Shown here: positions 1 through 13,582 of the stretch, one piece after another
Layout: each line of letters begins with the position of its first letter
Position numbering within the stretch: position 1 is the stretch's first letter
DNA from: Eledone cirrhosa
Taxonomy: Eukaryota
Length of the DNA: 64,000 nt
Assembly (NCBI GenBank): GCA_964016885.1
Contig: OZ024747.1
Location: forward strand, 71,796,001-71,860,000
Direction of reading: 5' to 3'
Position numbers and translations under genes: made by a program
The notes under the pieces: generated by a model
The model's input: only the letters and a program-made list of their open reading frames with translations
The model's database searches: none
Told to the model about the DNA's origin: nothing

Positions 1-370
1 CTAACAAGAGTAGTTGGCATTTCTGAGTTTTTCAATAGCTGTTTCTTTTCCTCCAGGACCGCTTCTGACCTATTTCTAAATATCCATACATTAATTGCAA
101 TGTTTTATATTGTTTTAAATTCTTTAAATTCAGAATGGAACTATGAAACTATGAAATATAAAACCACTAGTGTCAGCATTATACATACACATACTATTTC
201 ATGTTTGCACATTTATTCATCCATTTATTTTAAATATTAGCCTTGCTCAATGGTCTACATTATATTCTATTTATATACACTGTACACATATTAAACTATA
301 CAATATTTGGAATATATTCTATCAAATGTCTAGTTTACTATGAATAACATTTAATATGATACACAGAATA

Positions 371-1063
371 CTTGAAACTAGTACAGCGTTCCTTTGTCAG
401 TGTTGAACAAATGAGCAACGATGGTTGCTGGACACTACGGCTTAATTCGGGATGTTTGTTTACAAACACACCGAGCATTATAATAAATGTTCGGTGAATC
501 CATACGTACATATATATATTAGTGTGCATGTATGTATACATACTACTGTACGTCTGTATACATATATGTATGTACGTATACATACTTATATTTAAGTAAC
601 AGCCGTACTAAGAGTGAGAAATGAAATTTCGTTTCATTTTTTCCGTTTATCGTTTTCGGTGCCCCGGCCAATTAACTCACTCGATATGCAAATTAGGCTG
701 CTCAGCCGTTAATATGCATAAGGAAAGTATATACTTTCAGACGTTCAATCATCTGGCAGGAAGGTATACGTTGCTGACGATAGCTAATGAGCTTGAAACT
801 AGTACAGCGTTCCTTTGTCAGTGTTGAACAAATGAGCAACGATGGTTGCTAGACACTACGGCTTAATTCGGGATGTTTGTTTACAAACACACCGAGCATT
901 ATAATAAATGTTCGGTGAATCCATACCTACATATATATGTGTGTGTATGTATATATATATACATACTACTGTACGTGTATACATATATGTATGTACGTAT
1001 ACATACTTATATTTAAGTAACAGCCGTACTAAGAGTGAGAAATGAAATTTCGTTTTATTTTTT
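371..1063. repeat. Direct duplication of a ~270-bp segment (about 371-645 and 792-1063, period ~421 bp)
   Basis: CTTGAAACTAGTACAGCGTTCC...GAGAAATGAAATTTCGTTT occurs twice, nearly identical. Confidence 0.9.
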
Positions 1064-1256
1064 CCAAAGAATACATTCATTATATTTAAACAAATAATTA
1101 TTGCGATGTTTAAATTACAATTTAAATAAAATAAGGCCATGACCTCATCTTCACTACAGTGTATATTGCAGGAATATTAATGTTTATTTGACTACTAAGT
1201 TTATTATGAAACCAATAGAAATATACAGGACATATGCACGCATGTATCATATATAT

Positions 1257-1357
1257 AGGGTGTCCCAAAAAATGTATACACACTTCAACAGCATGCTAAT
1301 AAATATTGCCTGTACAGGTAATCAAAGGGTGTACACATTTTTGGGTGGGGACACCCT
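1257..1357. mobile_element. Tiny Tc1/mariner-type MITE
   Basis: Inverted ends AGGGTGTCCCAAAAAATGTATACAC / GTGTACACATTTTTGGGTGGGGACACCCT, with TA at the left. Confidence 0.6.
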
Positions 1358-1653
1358 TTCCCTTTCCGATATCTAAAAAACAAGTAATTTTTGGAGGTCA
1401 GATTCGTTGAAAACACGAAAAAAAAAACTAGAAAAAAAAGATATTTTTACTTGAATCCAAGACAGGTGTTTATGTAAAAAGTTGCCGTTGGTGGCTACAT
1501 GAAATGTCAAAGATATTGCTTGTTGGCTCATGTTATTTGTTTGATCTTGTCAGATGTAGTACATATAGAGTACTCTAAGTATCTATGAGTCGTTTTACTT
1601 TTAGCGATCCTTCGTCTAAAAAAACCCTAAAAATCTTTTAAAAATTGCCCCAA

Positions 1654-2775
1654 AACGGAGAGGAATGAGGTAAAATGGGGATATTTTACATAATGAAAGC
1701 TATACCCATTTTCACAAGAGAAGACCTCGGACAGGGAGAATTGACAGGGGTGAGACTGACCTCAGCAGTTTCTGTACTGGCATTTTTGTCTTCGTGGTCA
1801 CTAAACACATTTGTTTGTTAATATTTTTGCTAACGTTTTATCCTTTTTTTTTAATTACTACAAACTCTGATTTTAGCTTTCGCTCTCAATTATTTTTTGG
1901 CTCCTAATCATTAAATACCAGCTCGAACTACTTAAACAATTGTAAAATTAATGGATGGAATGAAATGCCTACCTGATTGATGTGTCTGTAAATTTCAAAT
2001 GATTTATTTGTAAAAGATGCCCTCCCTAACACTCGTATTACGAGAGCGCTTCTTCAAGCAATGACGTAATACGATGATATATAATAAAAAGAATAATAGA
2101 ATACGTGCCGTTGTCCTCGTCGAGAACTACAAATGAATCAGAGCATATAATTGTGTGTCCAGATATATATAGTATATTTCATAATTTATATTAATAAATA
2201 TCTTCTTCTTCGCCCACTTATTCCTGCAGGTTCTTGTCAGAAGTAACCGTCTCCAACTGATCCGGTTTGATACCCAAGCGAGACCAGCCAAGTTCATGGA
2301 TGTTATCCAACCATCTTGCTCAGGGTCTACCCCTGGGTCTCTTGCCTGTTGGTTTTGCTCGGGAAATCTGTCCAGTGATTCTTTCCTCAGACATTCTAAC
2401 CACATGCCCATAGTATCGGAGTTGTGATCTCTCAATTCGGAGAAGTAGCTGCTCTACCTGGAGCAATATAGCAAATTCGTGCTTATTTAGATAAGAGCAC
2501 TTGACTAATTGAAAGTTGAAACAGTTTTGATTCACTTGAAAGTATTATGTAACCAAATATGTTTTATAAAGAGTGGTATGCTTGTGGCGAAGTTTATTAG
2601 TTGTGGAAGAAATGACAAACACGGCTGATTTAATATATATCTTTCAGACGTGCCAACCTCTAAAAGTCCAAACGGGGAGTACCATGAAAAAAAGTACCTC
2701 TAAACGGAGAGAAATGAGACAAAAATGGGGAAATTTACATAATGAAAGCTATACCCATTTTCACAAGAGAAGACA
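1654..2775 (+). repeat. Two ~70-bp direct repeats (about 1654-1725 and 2703-2775) bracketing an RTE fragment
   Basis: AAACGGAGAG...TTTACATAATGAAAGCTATACCCATTTTCACAAGAGAAGAC is present twice. Confidence 0.7.
2202..2480 (-). mobile_element. RTE-clade LINE 3' fragment with (GAA)n tail
   Basis: Translation ERSQLRYYGHVVRMSEER...PTGKRPRGRP matches the RTE C-terminus; homologous to 45631-45950. Confidence 0.85.
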
Positions 2776-2878
2776 TGTGTAACCCACCCTAAAGTGGGTG
2801 GGGGACCTCCCCGTCGGACGGGGATAATGAACAGGTCTGATCTTTACTTTAGTTTAACAAAAAGAAAAAATATGATTA

Positions 2879-3047
2879 CCGTATTTCCCGGCGCCGAGGA
2901 CGCTTCGGCCTCGAGGAAGCACCCTAATTTTGACAACCAAAAATTTGAAAAATAAGTAATAAACAACCTTCGGCCTCCAGGACGCATGGTAGATTTTTGA
3001 GACTTATTTTAGGAAAAAGGCAGCGTCTTCGACGCCGGGAAATACGG
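2879..3047. mobile_element. pogo/Tigger-like MITE
   Basis: TIRs CCGTATTTCCCGGCG / CGCCGGGAAATACGG, flanked by TA on both sides (2877-2878, 3048-3049). Confidence 0.85.
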
Positions 3048-3196
3048 TACTTCGAATCGGAAATATAATGTTTGAATAATGTGCACAAATGAATATAGTG
3101 TTCAGTAAAGCTTCAGTTGTGCACGAACCTTTTATTTACCATGTATCACATGTGAGTTGTGTCTAGCTGGCATTTTTAGTGTAGGAATATAACTTT

Positions 3197-3540
3197 CATC
3201 ATCATCATCATCATCATCATCACTGTTTAACGTCCATTTTTCTATGCTAGCATGGGTTAGACGAGTTGTCCTCTTTTGAGATAGGCTAGATCAGGTGATC
3301 ATGTCTTGCTCATACAGAACTGATTTTAGCTTGGTTTGATACAGCTGGATGCCCTTCCTAACTCCAACCACATATACAGTGTGTGCTGGGTGCCTTTTGT
3401 CGTGACACCTACATGACCACTTTACAGTGTGGGATGGATGCCTTTTGTCGTGACACCTACATGACCACTTTACAGTGTGGGATGGATGCCTTTTGTCGTG
3501 ACATCTACATGACCACTATAATGCGGGATGGATGCTTTTT
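3197..3540 (-). mobile_element. RTE-LINE/SINE 3' tail fragment with (CAT)n end and an internal 48-bp x3 tandem
   Basis: Matches the 3' UTR attached to the RTE ORF at 5627-7290; further copies near 7729-7990, 7998-8225, 9405-9560, 13190-13388 and 21958-22235. Confidence 0.8.
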
Positions 3541-4189
3541 CTCTTTCTCTCTCTTCAGTTCAACTTGCTACCTGCCAACAAGTGATTATATATGTGTGTG
3601 CTATATGAATTAAATACAATACATATATAACCACAATTGCTTTGCTTATGAATTATTATATGGTGACAGTGGGGTCATTAATTCAGGAAGAAAAACTTCA
3701 GTATAGTTAAAAATCAACAAAAGTGATCAAATATGTTAATTTCAAAACAATAACGACAAAAGTTGAATGCCCTGCAGTTGTCAAAGCAAGCTATTCATGT
3801 AAAGAATTAATTTTAAAATATTTATTTACAAATTAATGCACAGACACAATTACACATTTTGTAAAGTAAAAATCAAAAACACACACACAAAGCATTCCAT
3901 TGTTAGCTTCCTTTACTGTTCTCAACTTTCAATGATATGTTGCAGTTCTTTGTTTTACAGTTAGTTGAATACTGCATAACTATTTCTTACAGACACCCAA
4001 AGTTTTATATTGTGTGTGTGCAAAGTATTAATTATGTTGTCTGGTATTCAAGTTCCTCTGACACAACACCAATTTACACCTCAACAATTAATTTTTAACA
4101 GGTATGGTTTGTTGAGAAAGTTAATGTTGGGAAATGAAGGTTTGTAATATACTAAATATAACTGTATATATGTTTTAAAGGAAAGGCTG

Positions 4190-4510
4190 ACAAAAGCGTT
4201 ATATATTGTATTTACATGTTGATAGCGAGGGACATGGTCAGAAACACAGAAGAGACAAACTCCCACTGTCATTGCCTCCATCTCTCTCGACCTCTCCATC
4301 TCTCTGTATGGTGAGCAAATGGGGTCCCATGTGCTGGCTTCCCCACAGGCCCGGTGGACAGAATGGAGACGGTGTTTCCCCGGAGGATGGTAAGGGAGAT
4401 GCGCTGGAAGAACCATTCCATCTCGTGAAGCTCACACCTGCGGCTGGCCAGCTCAGTGCCTATGGTAGTGAGTAGGGAGGTAGCCCTAGGACCAAGGACA
4501 CCAGGAAGTC
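4190..4510 (+). repeat. Unclassified interspersed repeat, related to 43075-43270 (opposite strand)
   Basis: Shared block GGTGTTTCCCCGGAGGATGGTAAGGGAGATGCGCTGGAAGAACCATTCCATCTCG. Confidence 0.55.
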
Positions 4511-4751
4511 TCCACTGCCAAGTGTATGAGACATGTAATAATAAAAGAGGTAGAGACAGACTAACAATGCCAGTGAAGAATTTAGAGAGAGTAAGGGATG
4601 GACATGACAGGCTGTCAGTTAACTTGGGATGCCAGCAGTAGGTGAAGTTGGCCACAGTTAACTCTGCTGTTATCAAAGTCTGTGACAAAAGGATGCAAGC
4701 TGGCAGTAGCAACTTTCATACCAGCTGTTCTTAGTCATTTCTGCTAAAACA

Positions 4752-4965
4752 ATTGATTTCTACTATAGACACAGGGCAAGCAATTTGGGGAGAGGGAAAA
4801 GTCGATTAAATCGACCCCAGTACATTACTGGTGTTTTATTTTATCAACACTGTAAGGATGAAAGGCAAAGCTAACCTTGGCAGGATTTGAACTCAGAATG
4901 TAAATGGCCGTAACTCTATGCTGCGAAGCATGGTGTCCGACACTCTACCAATACTGCTAATCTAC
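4752..4965 (-). mobile_element. tRNA-derived SINE with Nin/Deu-type domain
   Basis: Reverse complement has a B box GAGTTCAAATCC followed by GCCTTTCATCC...GATAAAATAAAA; many copies in the window. Confidence 0.75.
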
Positions 4966-5626
4966 GAATGAATATTAATATACCAATGCATACAATATAA
5001 AAATAGCTATAGTTTTGTTTAACAACTTGGCTAATATAGGATAATACTACAAATCTAAATACACGACCACCTCATGAAGTTTGACCAAATATCACTGTAT
5101 AAGATGATACTAGCTCATTTAAGGGAATCTTTGGTGAACTTCATCAAACTAATTTATCAGATATTTTGAGAGAATGCCTGTTACAATGCAAATAACAAAA
5201 TGAACATAGAAAACAAATAAACTAAATTCTAATTGTCTGCTAAGCACAAGAAAATGACATTTTGTCTATCTTTTTATATGTTAACAAAATATAAAAAAAA
5301 AACTCTGTGTATATATATATATATATATATATGTGTGTATATATATATTTATACATACATATATATATATATTGTATAGTATTGATCTCCAATGGTGATC
5401 AGGTGTGTCCTGTTCTAAGTACCATCTTGAAAGTTGTACTTATATTAAAATTATATATATATACAAGTATGTCTGAGTGGTTAAGGAGTTCAGTTCACAA
5501 CCTGGTGGTTCTAGATTTAGTCTCATTGTGTAGCAACTAGGACAAATGTATTCTACTATAGCCTTGGGTTGATGAATACCTTGTAAGTGAATATTGTAGG
5601 TGGAAACTGCAGAAGCCCATCATATA

Positions 5627-7290
5627 TTATCATCATCCTCATCACCGTTTTACATCTATTTTTCCATGCTAACATGGGTTAGACGGGTTGTCCTGTTGTG
5701 GGCAATGCAAGATCAGGTGACCATGTCTTGCTCATACAGAACTGATTTTGGCTTGATTTCTACAACTAGATGCCCTTCCTAGCGCCAACCTCATTTACAG
5801 TGAATACTGGGTGCTTTTTGTTGTGTTGGCTACAAGACCATTTTACAGTGTGGACTGGCTGCTTTAAGTAGGAATGGGTGGGGGCATACTGTCTATATGC
5901 TCCAGCTTCAGCCTGTACCAGAGGGAAGTTGTGTCTTTTGTATTACTGCATAACCCCAGAGGTGTGAGTCCTATGTCATTGCTTTTGAGAAGTGTAATTG
6001 GGTAAGATTGGCTTTTATCACCTCGTCCCAGGTCTTCCATCAACTTTGAGTGCTCTGCACCTTTTTATGCAGCTGCCATCCTTCATATGCATCACATGTC
6101 CATACCAACATAATCTCCTCTCCTGCACACAGCATTTGATTTCTCTTATGGCAAGTCTCTCTCTCAGTTTGCTTATGCTTTGCCATTCATGTATATTACT
6201 ATTACACATCCATCGGAGTATGCAAGCTTCATATCTTTTGAATCTATGCAAGTCTTCTGCACACAAAACCCAGGTCTCACTACCATGTAACATTGCTGTT
6301 TGTATGCATGCATCATACAGTCTGCCTTTCATTTTGAGGGAAATGATTTTTGCAGCTAGCAGTGGTAGTAACTCACTGAACTTCTTCTATCCTGTTCTTA
6401 CCTTGGCTACTGTACTTTCAGAACACCCACCTCCTCTGCTAATTCAGTCACCCATATAGCAGAAGCTGTCTACTGTTTCTACAGAGCCCTCCCAGAATTT
6501 GGTAATGCTTGTTTCTTGTGGCTGTTTGCTGCTTGCTGTCCCAGTGCAACTGCTAGATGTAAAGCCTACATTCTTAGCTAAACTTCCTGAGATCCCACTA
6601 CATTTCTTGTGTACCAATAGTTTGCATTTGGGGCAGAGGATGGAATTTCTACCTACACCTTTCCTACATACTAAGCAAGGCCATTTCTCTGAGGGGATCT
6701 TGGTTCTGTTTTCTCTTCTACTTACTAGGACCTTAGTCTTTGTCAGGTTGACTTTGAGACCCTTTCTTTCTAGGCCCTGCTTCCATGTTTGGAATTTCTT
6801 CTCTACTTCCACCATAGATTAAGCTATAAGTGCCAGATCATCCATGTACAGATGTTCCCATGGGCATCTGGCATTAAAATCCTCTGTTGTCGCCTGCAAT
6901 ATGATAATAAACAGGAGAGGGCTAAGAATAGGGCCCTGGTGGACACCAACCTGTATGCTAGATTCCTTGCTATAGTCATTGTTAACCCTAACTTTGCTGA
7001 CTACTCCCTTATACATGGCTTGTACATTTTTCACAAGCCACTCATCTACTCCTAGTTTTATAAGAGCCCACCAGATTATAGCACAGGGCACTCTGTCAAA
7101 GGTCTTTTCAGATCAACAAATGGCAGGTAGAGAAGCTTACTTTCAGCTAAGTACTTTTCCTGTAACTGCCTCACAAGGAAGAGAACATCAGTGGTGCTTT
7201 TGCCTGGCACAAACCCAAACTGCATCTCATTTAGATTTACCCGGTCCCTAACTCTTTCTGTTACTTTCATGACCTGGTCCATCAGCTTTG
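5627..7290 (-). mobile_element. RTE-clade LINE, 5'-truncated, frameshifted reverse transcriptase plus 3' UTR
   Basis: Broken frames QFGFVPGKSTTD, VGVHQGPILSPLLF, LYMDDLAL, GLKVNLTKTK, HGSETW, RRLCWYGHVMHM; (GAT)n-like tail. Confidence 0.95.
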
Positions 7291-7296
7291 TATATA

Positions 7297-7542
7297 CAGT
7301 ATATACAAAAGTATTTGAAGAAAATTAACTATGATATGATTTTGTTGATCTCTATTGCTTGGTGTGAGTTAATGTTTTATGTGACTATATATTGAAATAA
7401 GTTTATTCCACTTTGTTTATGAATTTATCTGTAGTACAAATAAACAAATTTATTTCACAAAACTCCAGAAACGATTGTAAGTGATTAAACAGTTTTTAAT
7501 TAAAATTGGTTAATTTTCTTCAAATACTTTTGAATGTACATG
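7297..7542. mobile_element. Tc1-like MITE
   Basis: ~30-bp TIRs CAAAAGTATTTGAAGAAAATTAAC / GTTAATTTTCTTCAAATACTTTTG. Confidence 0.7.
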
Positions 7543-8252
7543 CTCTGCTTATTTCCTAAATGCATCACTAACTTTTTCCATGCTCTAACGAACCTCTCCT
7601 CTTAACACTAATTTTGCATGATATAAATGCCTCGGTCTATGGCTGGCAATAAAAACCTATATGACTATCTCTATTCTCCTTTGAGATTTGATAATATACT
7701 TCCACTTTTGATATATATATATCGTGATCATCATCGTTTACCACCCATTTTTTCATGCTAGCATGGTTTAGACAAGCTGTCCCGTTGTGAGACAAGCCAG
7801 GTTGGAGGACCATATTTTGCTCACACAGAACTGAATTGGGCTTTCTACTGTTGGATGCCCTTCCCAATGCCTACCACATTTACAGTGTGTACTGTGTGTG
7901 TTTTGATGCGACACCTACAAGACCACTTTACTGTGTGGACTGGGGACTTTTTATCATGACTCCTATATGACCACTTTACAGTTGGGGCTATACATATATC
8001 ATCATCATCATCATCATCGTGTAACGTCCATCTTCCACGCAAGCATGGGTAGGATGGTCTATCCCTTTGTGAGAGATCAGGTCAGGGGACCAATATTTGC
8101 TCACACAACTGATTTTGGCTTGGTTTCTACAGCTGGGTGCCCTTCCTAATGCCAACCACATTTACAGTGTGTGCCGGGTGCTTTTTGCCATGTTGCCTGG
8201 GTGATTTTTGTTATGACACCCACACAACACATATATATATATATATATATAT

Positions 8253-8460
8253 ACAAAATTAAAATTAAGGGTTGTCATGTCTGAGAGATATGCGCCATAT
8301 CCACCGTAGAATAAGCTCAAAGATTAGATCCGAGCATTACATATAAACTAGAAATAGATTGACATATATATATATATAAAATAAATACATGAAACAATCC
8401 CTGTGATTGTTTCATGTATTTATTTTATATATATATATGTCAATCTATTTCTAGTTGATA
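8253..8460 (-). mobile_element. (TA)n-embedded fold-back element, family 1
   Basis: Arms 8346-8399 / 8405-8456; unique tail homologous to 38100-38228; TA runs on both sides. Confidence 0.8.
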
Positions 8461-9206
8461 TATATATATATATATATGTCTCTTTTGCTACTGAGATCAC
8501 ATTTTGCTCTTATGCTTTAGTTCAGCATAGTTTCAATAGTTGAATGCTTTTCTTATCACCAACCAATTTAGTGTGTGTGCCAGGTGCATTTTATTGTGGC
8601 ATTAGCACTATATATTTTCAGAGTGGATTGGGTGCATTTTAATGTGGCACCAACGTTATATATATATATATATATATGGTTTTCCAAAAGAGATCAGGGA
8701 AGAACCACAATTAAATAAGTTTCTCAATATGTAAGTAGAGAAGAAGTATCTTTATTCTATATAAAAATGATTTCTACAGGACTAGAATATGCTTATATAT
8801 ATATATCATCATCATCATCATCATCATCATCATCGTTTAACGTCTATCTATATATATATAAATAAGTTATATGCTTTGTTAATGAATATTCAACAGTTAT
8901 GTTCATTACAGCAAACTACAGAAAAATTTTATCTGGAGTATTATAATATCATTAATAGTAATAAATGGAAAATATCACATGCCCACTGTAAGCTGAAGAT
9001 GAAAGTTTATACTTTGGGTATATCACTATCTTATGCATCAAACATTGTATTTTATCTGATGAAAGCATACCATAATTTGGTGTCCTTGAAATATGTATAA
9101 TAAAATAAATATGATGCTATAGTGATATTTTCCATTTATTTCTATTAATAATATATATATATATATATATATATGCCTGGATTCTTCAGCAAAGGACTTA
9201 TTTTGT

Positions 9207-9348
9207 GGAGGCACATGGCTTAGTGGTTAGAGCATTGGACTTGCAATCGAAAGGTTGCGAGTTCAATTCTCAGACCGGGTGATGTGTTGTTTCCTTGAGC
9301 AAGACACTTTATTTCACATTGCTCCAGTTTACTCAGCTGTAGAAATGA
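9207..9348 (+). mobile_element. tRNA-derived SINE head
   Basis: A box TGGCTTAGTGG, B box GAGTTCAATTC, then TCCTTGAGCAAGACACTT; related copy at about 23630-23915. Confidence 0.8.
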
Positions 9349-9529
9349 GATGATAGGGACTGGGGTCCCTATCATTCTACTGCAAAGTGGTCGTGGAGGT
9401 GCCACGGCAAAAAAGCACCCAGCAGTCACTGTAAATGAGGTTGGTGTTAGGAAGGGCATCCAGCTGTAGAAATCAAGCCAGAATCAGTTCCCGTCCCACC
9501 CTTGCAAGCAGGGAAAAGCGGACGTAAAA

Positions 9530-9561
<32 letters not shown>

Positions 9562-9599
9562 ATATATATATATATATATATGCATGTATATATATGTAA

Positions 9600-9760
9600 G
9601 CTTCAAGCACAGGCATCACTTGATATGTGACAATTTTAGTGATACATGGCATTGCTGGCCATAGTCGAGTCCCTAGCAGGACTAACAAGCCACGTCCATG
9701 ATGCTCATGCTAAGTATCAAGTGATGGCATTACTCGAAATCTAATTGCAGCCATCATCAA
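9600..9760 (+). mobile_element. Retroposon 3' end with (CAT)/(TATG)n tail, family unassigned
   Basis: Homologous copies at about 35435-35570 and 36733-36890. Confidence 0.65.
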
Positions 9761-9771
9761 ATATGTATATA

Positions 9772-9879
<108 letters not shown>

Positions 9880-10619
9880 GGAGAAAGAGAGAGAAAAACA
9901 CTACAACCTACCGTCATAAATGCAGGACTCACTGTGTAATCAATGGTAAATTATTCCTAAGAGATGGTCACTACTGGAATGCCTTTAAGCATAGATGTGC
10001 TTGCCAAGTGCTGACCTGAGGGATAAAAAGATAAATAATTGGACTATTTATACAAATTGAACGTCTATTTCTGATGTAAGGTCATGTACAGTGTATTAAT
10101 ATCGTTGTAATTCAATATCACGAGAGGAAAACTGAAAGTGTGGCATTCGGCAGCCATTTCGATAAACAGGGAAGACATTTTGCTGTGAATAAAATAGAAT
10201 GTCTGTTACAGAGTTATTTCCCATTTATCATAACCTGGCATCTTTATACCGTTTAACTTTTTTTTTTGTTCTCAATAAATTGTTTTTAATTTTTGTAGCT
10301 TTGAAATTTTTCGATGAAAAGCTCACGACGGAGCAATCAGAAAATCTATTATGAAAAATATTTACAAATATCCCAACAAAAAACGACTTATAGGTCACCT
10401 TGTGTAAGAAAACTTTTAATATTGTTTTTGTATGAAGTATGGATCAACATAAAGTTTACTTTTCATTACATTATATTATTGGTATTTTCGTGATTAACCT
10501 TTGGATGTATAAAAGGAAAATAAGTCTTTTGTATAGAAAATGAGAATGTAATTCCCATACAGGTACAAAGTCCCCACGCTCTCTATTCACTTAACAGTAC
10601 TAAAAGCAGGTTTACTGTG

Positions 10620-11240
10620 AAGCTAATGACGAGCCCATTCTTCAACAGCATCATCTACATCTACACCCATTGGCTCCCTCACGGCCAGACAGTCATCAAA
10701 GAGTACTATCCCATTCATCGACAGCATCATCTACATCTACACCCACTGGGTCCCTCACGGCCAGACAGTCATCAAAGAGTACTATGTAGAGGTTTTAAGA
10801 CGGTTCAGAAAAAGATTTCATTGCAAGAGACCAGAAATCTTCAAGTCTGGTCAGTGGCATCAGCACCATAACAAATGCCCCCTGCCATAAATCCATCCTG
10901 GTGACCAACTACTTGACCAATATGGGGATCAAGACTATCCCTCATCTTCGCTACAGTCCACATTTAGTCCCATGTGATTTCTGGATGTTCCTGAAGCTGA
11001 AGGAGAAGCTCAAGGGTATCTCTTTGAGGATGTGGAGGAGATGACGGAGGCTGTGTCAAGCACTCTGGACACCTTCACTTTGGAGGACTACATGGGGGCC
11101 TTCAAGAAGTGGTTGAGCGCTACAACAAGTGCATTGAAGCTGGAGGATTCTATTTTGATGGGGACTAGAGTTTTGTGTTGATCGGAGTTAAATAAATGTC
11201 TCTCTGATAAAAGTCTCAAAACCTCTTGAGTGTACCTTAT
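10620..11240 (+). mobile_element. mariner (DD34D) transposase pseudogene, 3' half plus terminal repeat
   Basis: Reads HW.PHGQTV.KEYY, PH..YSPHLVPCDFWMFLKLKEKLKG and RYNKCIEAGGFYFDGD*; internal ~80-bp duplication at 10630-10790. Confidence 0.9.
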
Positions 11241-11884
11241 ATTAGTTCAGGCAAAGGAACAAAGATGAGACTTAGTTATTCCCATACTCAAATCTACGAG
11301 AGGTCTAAGTATGTTACAAACACTGTCCCCTCCTCTTCTCTTACTTTCTGTATACATTTAAATGGCTCCACTGCCGCTACTTCAAACAGAGTTGCCTCCC
11401 ATGATAATCTAATAAAAAAATTATTGTCTACGGTGCTCGAGTGCATTACAACTCATCAAAAGTGCATGTATGGTACATAGAATAATGTAGAAAAGCCAGG
11501 AAAGTGAAGAGTATATGAATCATGACACACACACACACACCATTATAACTGTTGCGTTCAAGACGACGATATGGATGGACTGTATTTGGCAAAATTCCTA
11601 AATTTAGCATATATACAAGGAATCAACGTATATTTATATATTTTTTTGAATAACATGAGAGGAGGGTGTGAGGAAGAGACCGTGGCGTATAAAATATGAA
11701 CTCGCTATATTATTACCATCATCAATATAATTTTACAACTCTAAACCTAACCCTACCTACATGGCTACATATATAGGTAGGCAGGTAGGGTTATATATAA
11801 TATAATGAAATTATTGTGTAAAGTGCTCAGGTGCACTACAACGATATATATGTGTGTGTGTGTGTGAATACATATATATATACA

Positions 11885-12042
11885 AGGCGGCAAATTGGAA
11901 GAGTTGTTAAGACGTCAGAATGCTTTATGGTATTCGTCCCACCTCTTTGCGCGCTCTGAGTTCAAATCCTGCCGAGGTCAACTTTGCCATTCATCTTTTC
12001 AAGGTCGATAAAAAAAAGTACCAGTCCAGTACTGAGGTCGAT
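11885..12042 (+). mobile_element. Nin/Deu-domain SINE
   Basis: GAGTTCAAATCCTGCCGAGGTCAACTTTGCCATTCATC...GGTCGATAAAAAAAAGTACCAG. Confidence 0.75.
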
Positions 12043-12559
12043 TCTTCCTGTCTAGGGTTGGGCTCCTCAGGACTTATATATATATAGAGAGAGAGTTCAG
12101 CTTACCTTGGCTCAACTCCGCTCTGTCCAGTTAGTCCTTGTTTGCCTCAGCTTAGCTCTGTCCAGCTCGGCTTGGCTTGGGGATCTGGGATCAGGTACTG
12201 GATCTGATCTGATGTTGGTCAGATCCAGCACTGGATCAGATCTGATGTTTGATTAGATCTGGAACCTGGTCAGATCCGGTGTCGGATCATCCTGGTGGCG
12301 AATCAAATCAGGTATCATATCACGTCTGGTATTGGATCAGATCAGATGAACACAGCTCTGTCTAGCACAGCTTCACTTAGCTTTAATTCTCTCCACACTA
12401 CCAATATTTTCCAAGGGAACGGCAGAAGCTGATACAACTTGGCACCATTGTTGTTGCAGCCCTTTATATTTTCCAGCTGAATGGATTATGAGCATCAAAA
12501 CTCACAACCTCAGTCATGGTTGTCATCACCAATTCTCAGGAATGGGAACCCTAGTTAAC

Positions 12560-13100
12560 CCCCTACACACACATACACTCACATATACACCTGCTCCCAA
12601 TACACACCATCTACTCTCAATGCACACACATACACACACATCTGCCCCCAATACACACACACCTACCCCTAATACACACACACCTGCCCCTAATACACAC
12701 ACATCTGCCCCCAATACACACACACCTGACCCCTAATACACACACACCTACCCCTAATACACACACACCTGCCCCTAATACACACACATCTGCCCCCAAT
12801 ACACACACACCTGACCCCTAATACACACACACCTACTCCCAATACACACACACCTGCCCCTAATACACACACACCTTCCCCCAATACACTCACACCTGCC
12901 CCTAATACACACACATCTGCCCCCAATACACACACACCTGACCCCTAATACACACACACCTACTCCCAATACACACACACCTACCCCTAATACACACACA
13001 CCTACCCCCAATACACACACACCTGACCCCTAATACACACACACCTACCCCTAATACACACACACCTGCTCCTAATACACACACATCTGCCCCCAATACA
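12560..13100. repeat. ~21-bp minisatellite (CCTRCCCCYAATACACACACA) with variant units
   Basis: More than 20 tandem units are directly visible. Confidence 0.95.
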
Positions 13101-13390
13101 TACTCACGTACTAGGTACTGTATATTTATTATATAGAGTACCCCAGGATTTACAAATATATATACTGTAAAGTGATTGTGTAGGTGTCACGGCGAAAAGC
13201 ACCCAGTACTGACTGTAAATGAGGTTGGCGCTAGGAAGAGCATCCAGCTGTAGAAACCAAGCCAAAATCGGTTCTGTATGAGCAAGACATGGTCACCTGA
13301 CCTGGCAGTGCTCACAACAGGACAACTCGTCGAACCCATGCTAGCATGGAAGAATGGACGTAAAACAGATGGTGGTGAATCATGATGATA

Positions 13391-13467
<77 letters not shown>

Positions 13468-13496
13468 ATGTATGTATGTATGTATATGTATGTATG

Positions 13497-13527
<31 letters not shown>

Positions 13528-13531
13528 GGAT

Positions 13532-13578
<47 letters not shown>

Positions 13579-13582
<4 letters not shown>

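Noticed and set aside
9207-9280. tRNA gene
   Set aside because: A and B boxes are present, but the acceptor stem is poor and the sequence runs into a SINE body; the same applies to about 51040-51112
11741-11793. Telomere-like CTAAACCTAACCCTA plus a small hairpin
   Set aside because: Too short and degenerate to call an interstitial telomere or a defined element
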